Origin: Centroscyllium fabricii | Lineage: Eukaryota | Reading direction: 5' to 3' | NCBI GenBank assembly: GCA_051313645.2 | Contig: JBNRSN020000027.1 | Span: 54,932,001-54,979,397, forward strand | Length of the DNA: 47,397 bases | Shown here: one piece after another, positions 45,582 to 47,397 of the stretch | Layout: the number at the start of each line of letters is the position of its first letter | Position numbering within the stretch: the stretch's first letter is position 1 | Position numbers and translations under genes: made by a program | Notes under the pieces: model-generated | Seen by the model: only the letters and a program-made list of their open reading frames with translations | What the model was told of the DNA's origin: nothing | Databases searched by the model: none

Positions 45582-45990
45582 TGTAAGAAGTCACACAACA
45601 CCAGGTTATAGTCCAACAGTTTTATTTGAAATCACAAGCTTTCGGAGCGCTGCTCCTTCGTCAGGTGAAGTGAAGAGATGCATATAGGCACAGCATATAT
45701 AGTCAGGGAACAATGCTAGATGATTACAGGTAATTTTTCTAACTGCCCTTTATCACACCTCGGCAGAGATAATCACCACAATCATGGGTGTAAATGGTGT
45801 CCAACCAGGTCATTCAACAAAACATTCCATCAAAGAACAATGAGGTGGTTTCACAAAAGGTCAAACAAGCAGTAAAAAATAAAATGAAATAAAAATGTTT
45901 TGCTGGAAATCACAGCAGGTCCAGCCGCATCTGTGTAGAGAGAACAAGCCAACGACGACTCGAGTCTGGATGACTCTACGTCAGGTGGGG
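45582..45990 (-). mobile_element. Penelope-like fragments, flanked by duplicated CATTTTAAGACTG
   Basis: A 14108-family end at 45582-45820 and a second-family end at 45890-45985. Confidence 0.68.
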
Positions 45991-46784
45991 TTACATTTTA
46001 AGACTGCGATGAGGAGGAATTTCTTCACTCAGAGGGTTGTGAATCTTTGGAATTCGCTACCCCAGAGGGCTGTGGATGCTGAGTCGTTGAGTAGATTCAA
46101 GGCTGAGAGCGAGAGATTTTTGGGAACCAAGGGATATGGAGATGGGGCGGGAACGTGGAGTTGAGGTCGAAGATCAGCCATGATCTTGTTCAATGGCAGA
46201 GCAGGCTCGAATGGCCGACTCCTGCTCCTATTTCTTATGTTCTTCTATCAAGGATGCCAGGAGGAACAACTCCTTGTACGATCCAACAGAATGAACTTGC
46301 TTAACCACGGGAGCTTTATGTTCGTAACGTTATATCGTACTCCTCGATCAGCGTAGGTTAATTCAAATTATCTGGTAACTCAATTTCTAAGTACTAAATT
46401 AGCATTCCTGTTATTTACACTTCTTAATCCAAACGATTGGATAATTAAATGTTTTAGTACAAAAAATGACTTTGAACCATCAGCTCAGTAAGTGAATTCT
46501 GAAACAGAATGGCCAAACACTTCAGTCTATTTTCCACTCCGCCTGCACACACCCCCGCCCCCCCCCCCACATCCTGTGTGTAGCTTCTGATTAAAATAGT
46601 CGTCAAGCTCCCAATGAGTTGCCCGTGGAGCATCAAGAACCGTGGAGTCTTCAGGTGAAGCAGGTTTAGCAGGAAAGGGGAGCATTGAACCAGGGCACAT
46701 TTCTCAAGGAAAAACATCCTCGTCGGGCTGTAATCACCAAGTAGAGGTGCGCGAGTGTGAGGCGCTTGGACAATTGGAGATAGC

Positions 46785-46973
46785 GGCCTAGAAACTGGTC
46801 TGGGGTGGTGGCGCAGGGCGGACGGTATCGGATCGGCCGCCCGTTATATGCAGCGCCTGATGTTCAGTTTTGTTGACTTGCAAAGGAACTGAATATCGGG
46901 CGCTGCAATCTAACGGGCGGTCCCATCCGATACCGCCCGCCCTGCGCCACCGCCCCAGACCAATTTCTAGACC
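46785..46973. repeat. ~189-bp foldback hairpin (palindromic MITE)
   Basis: GGCCTAGAAACTGGTCTGGGGTGGTGGCGCAGGGCGG... is the near reverse complement of ...CCGCCCTGCGCCACCGCCCCAGACCAATTTCTAGACC. Confidence 0.88.
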
Positions 46974-47397
46974 TTTGTGTACTGCTAATAAACACATTTT
47001 TGCACTCTCAAACGATCTGCATTTATATAAATCTCATTTTGATTTTTTTCCCCCAGAATTTTTATTTTTCTTAAATGATTACAGGAAAAACCTGTACATA
47101 GAAACTCACTCGAGACAGAACCTGTACACAATTGACAGCTAATTTCCTTTTGGAAAAAAAACTATGCCCTGTATCCAATACCTCAATTGCTTTACAGTGC
47201 CCCCATAATCTATGCAAAACATTCCCCTGTACAGTAACACTGGGTGCAGTCACTGACTCTGTGCGCACATGTTGGGACAGACCTGTCCATTTCAGTTCCT
47301 CCATCTCTCACTTTCTGTAATTTTTGAGTCTGAACAATCATCTAATGTCAGCACTATTAAACTACGAAGAAATTAATACTGGAACTTTTTCTTTTCC

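Larger units (their letters stand above)
45218..46245 (+). mobile_element. CR1 3' fragment interrupted by a solo LTR and Penelope fragments
   Basis: RGDLIETYK..SRTRGQSLRIR | GRPFKT | MRRNFFTQRVVNLWNSLP, then a tail. Confidence 0.85.

Overview
Eukaryotic, TE-dense vertebrate genomic DNA. The repeat families (HER1/CR1 LINEs, HE1-type V-SINEs, SacSINE1-like Deu-SINE) point to a cartilaginous fish, most likely a shark. The window lies inside a + strand AKAP13-like (Lbc-family RhoGEF) gene. Five small GT-AG coding exons can be read (10315-10359, 13649-13711, 20134-20329, 23834-23918, 40534-40653), including both alternative exons known from human AKAP13 (the 'SMRVLGDVV' and 'SMSWCP' types). The introns hold a full-length, ORF-intact ~5 kb CR1 element (3863-8873, - strand) with a zinc-finger/leucine-zipper/SGNH-esterase ORF1, an APE-RT ORF2 and a 164-bp monomer 5' array. 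They also hold a second near-intact CR1, many SINEs, Tigger-like and Harbinger-like MITEs, Penelope, Rex1 and L2 fragments and a probable solo LTR. Highlights: (1) CR1 ORF2 has no ATG but is in the -1 frame from a U_UUA_AAC slippery heptamer at the ORF1 stop, conserved in two divergent copies, suggesting programmed -1 frameshifting; (2) a CR1 fragment has inserted between the polypyrimidine tract and the AG of an alternative host exon; (3) hammerhead-ribozyme cores occur in the Penelope fragments; (4) MITEs carry clustered NRF1/YY1, RFX or splice-donor motifs. Most short ORFs in the supplied track are repeat-derived noise. Family names rest on recalled motifs, not database searches, and repeat boundaries are approximate.
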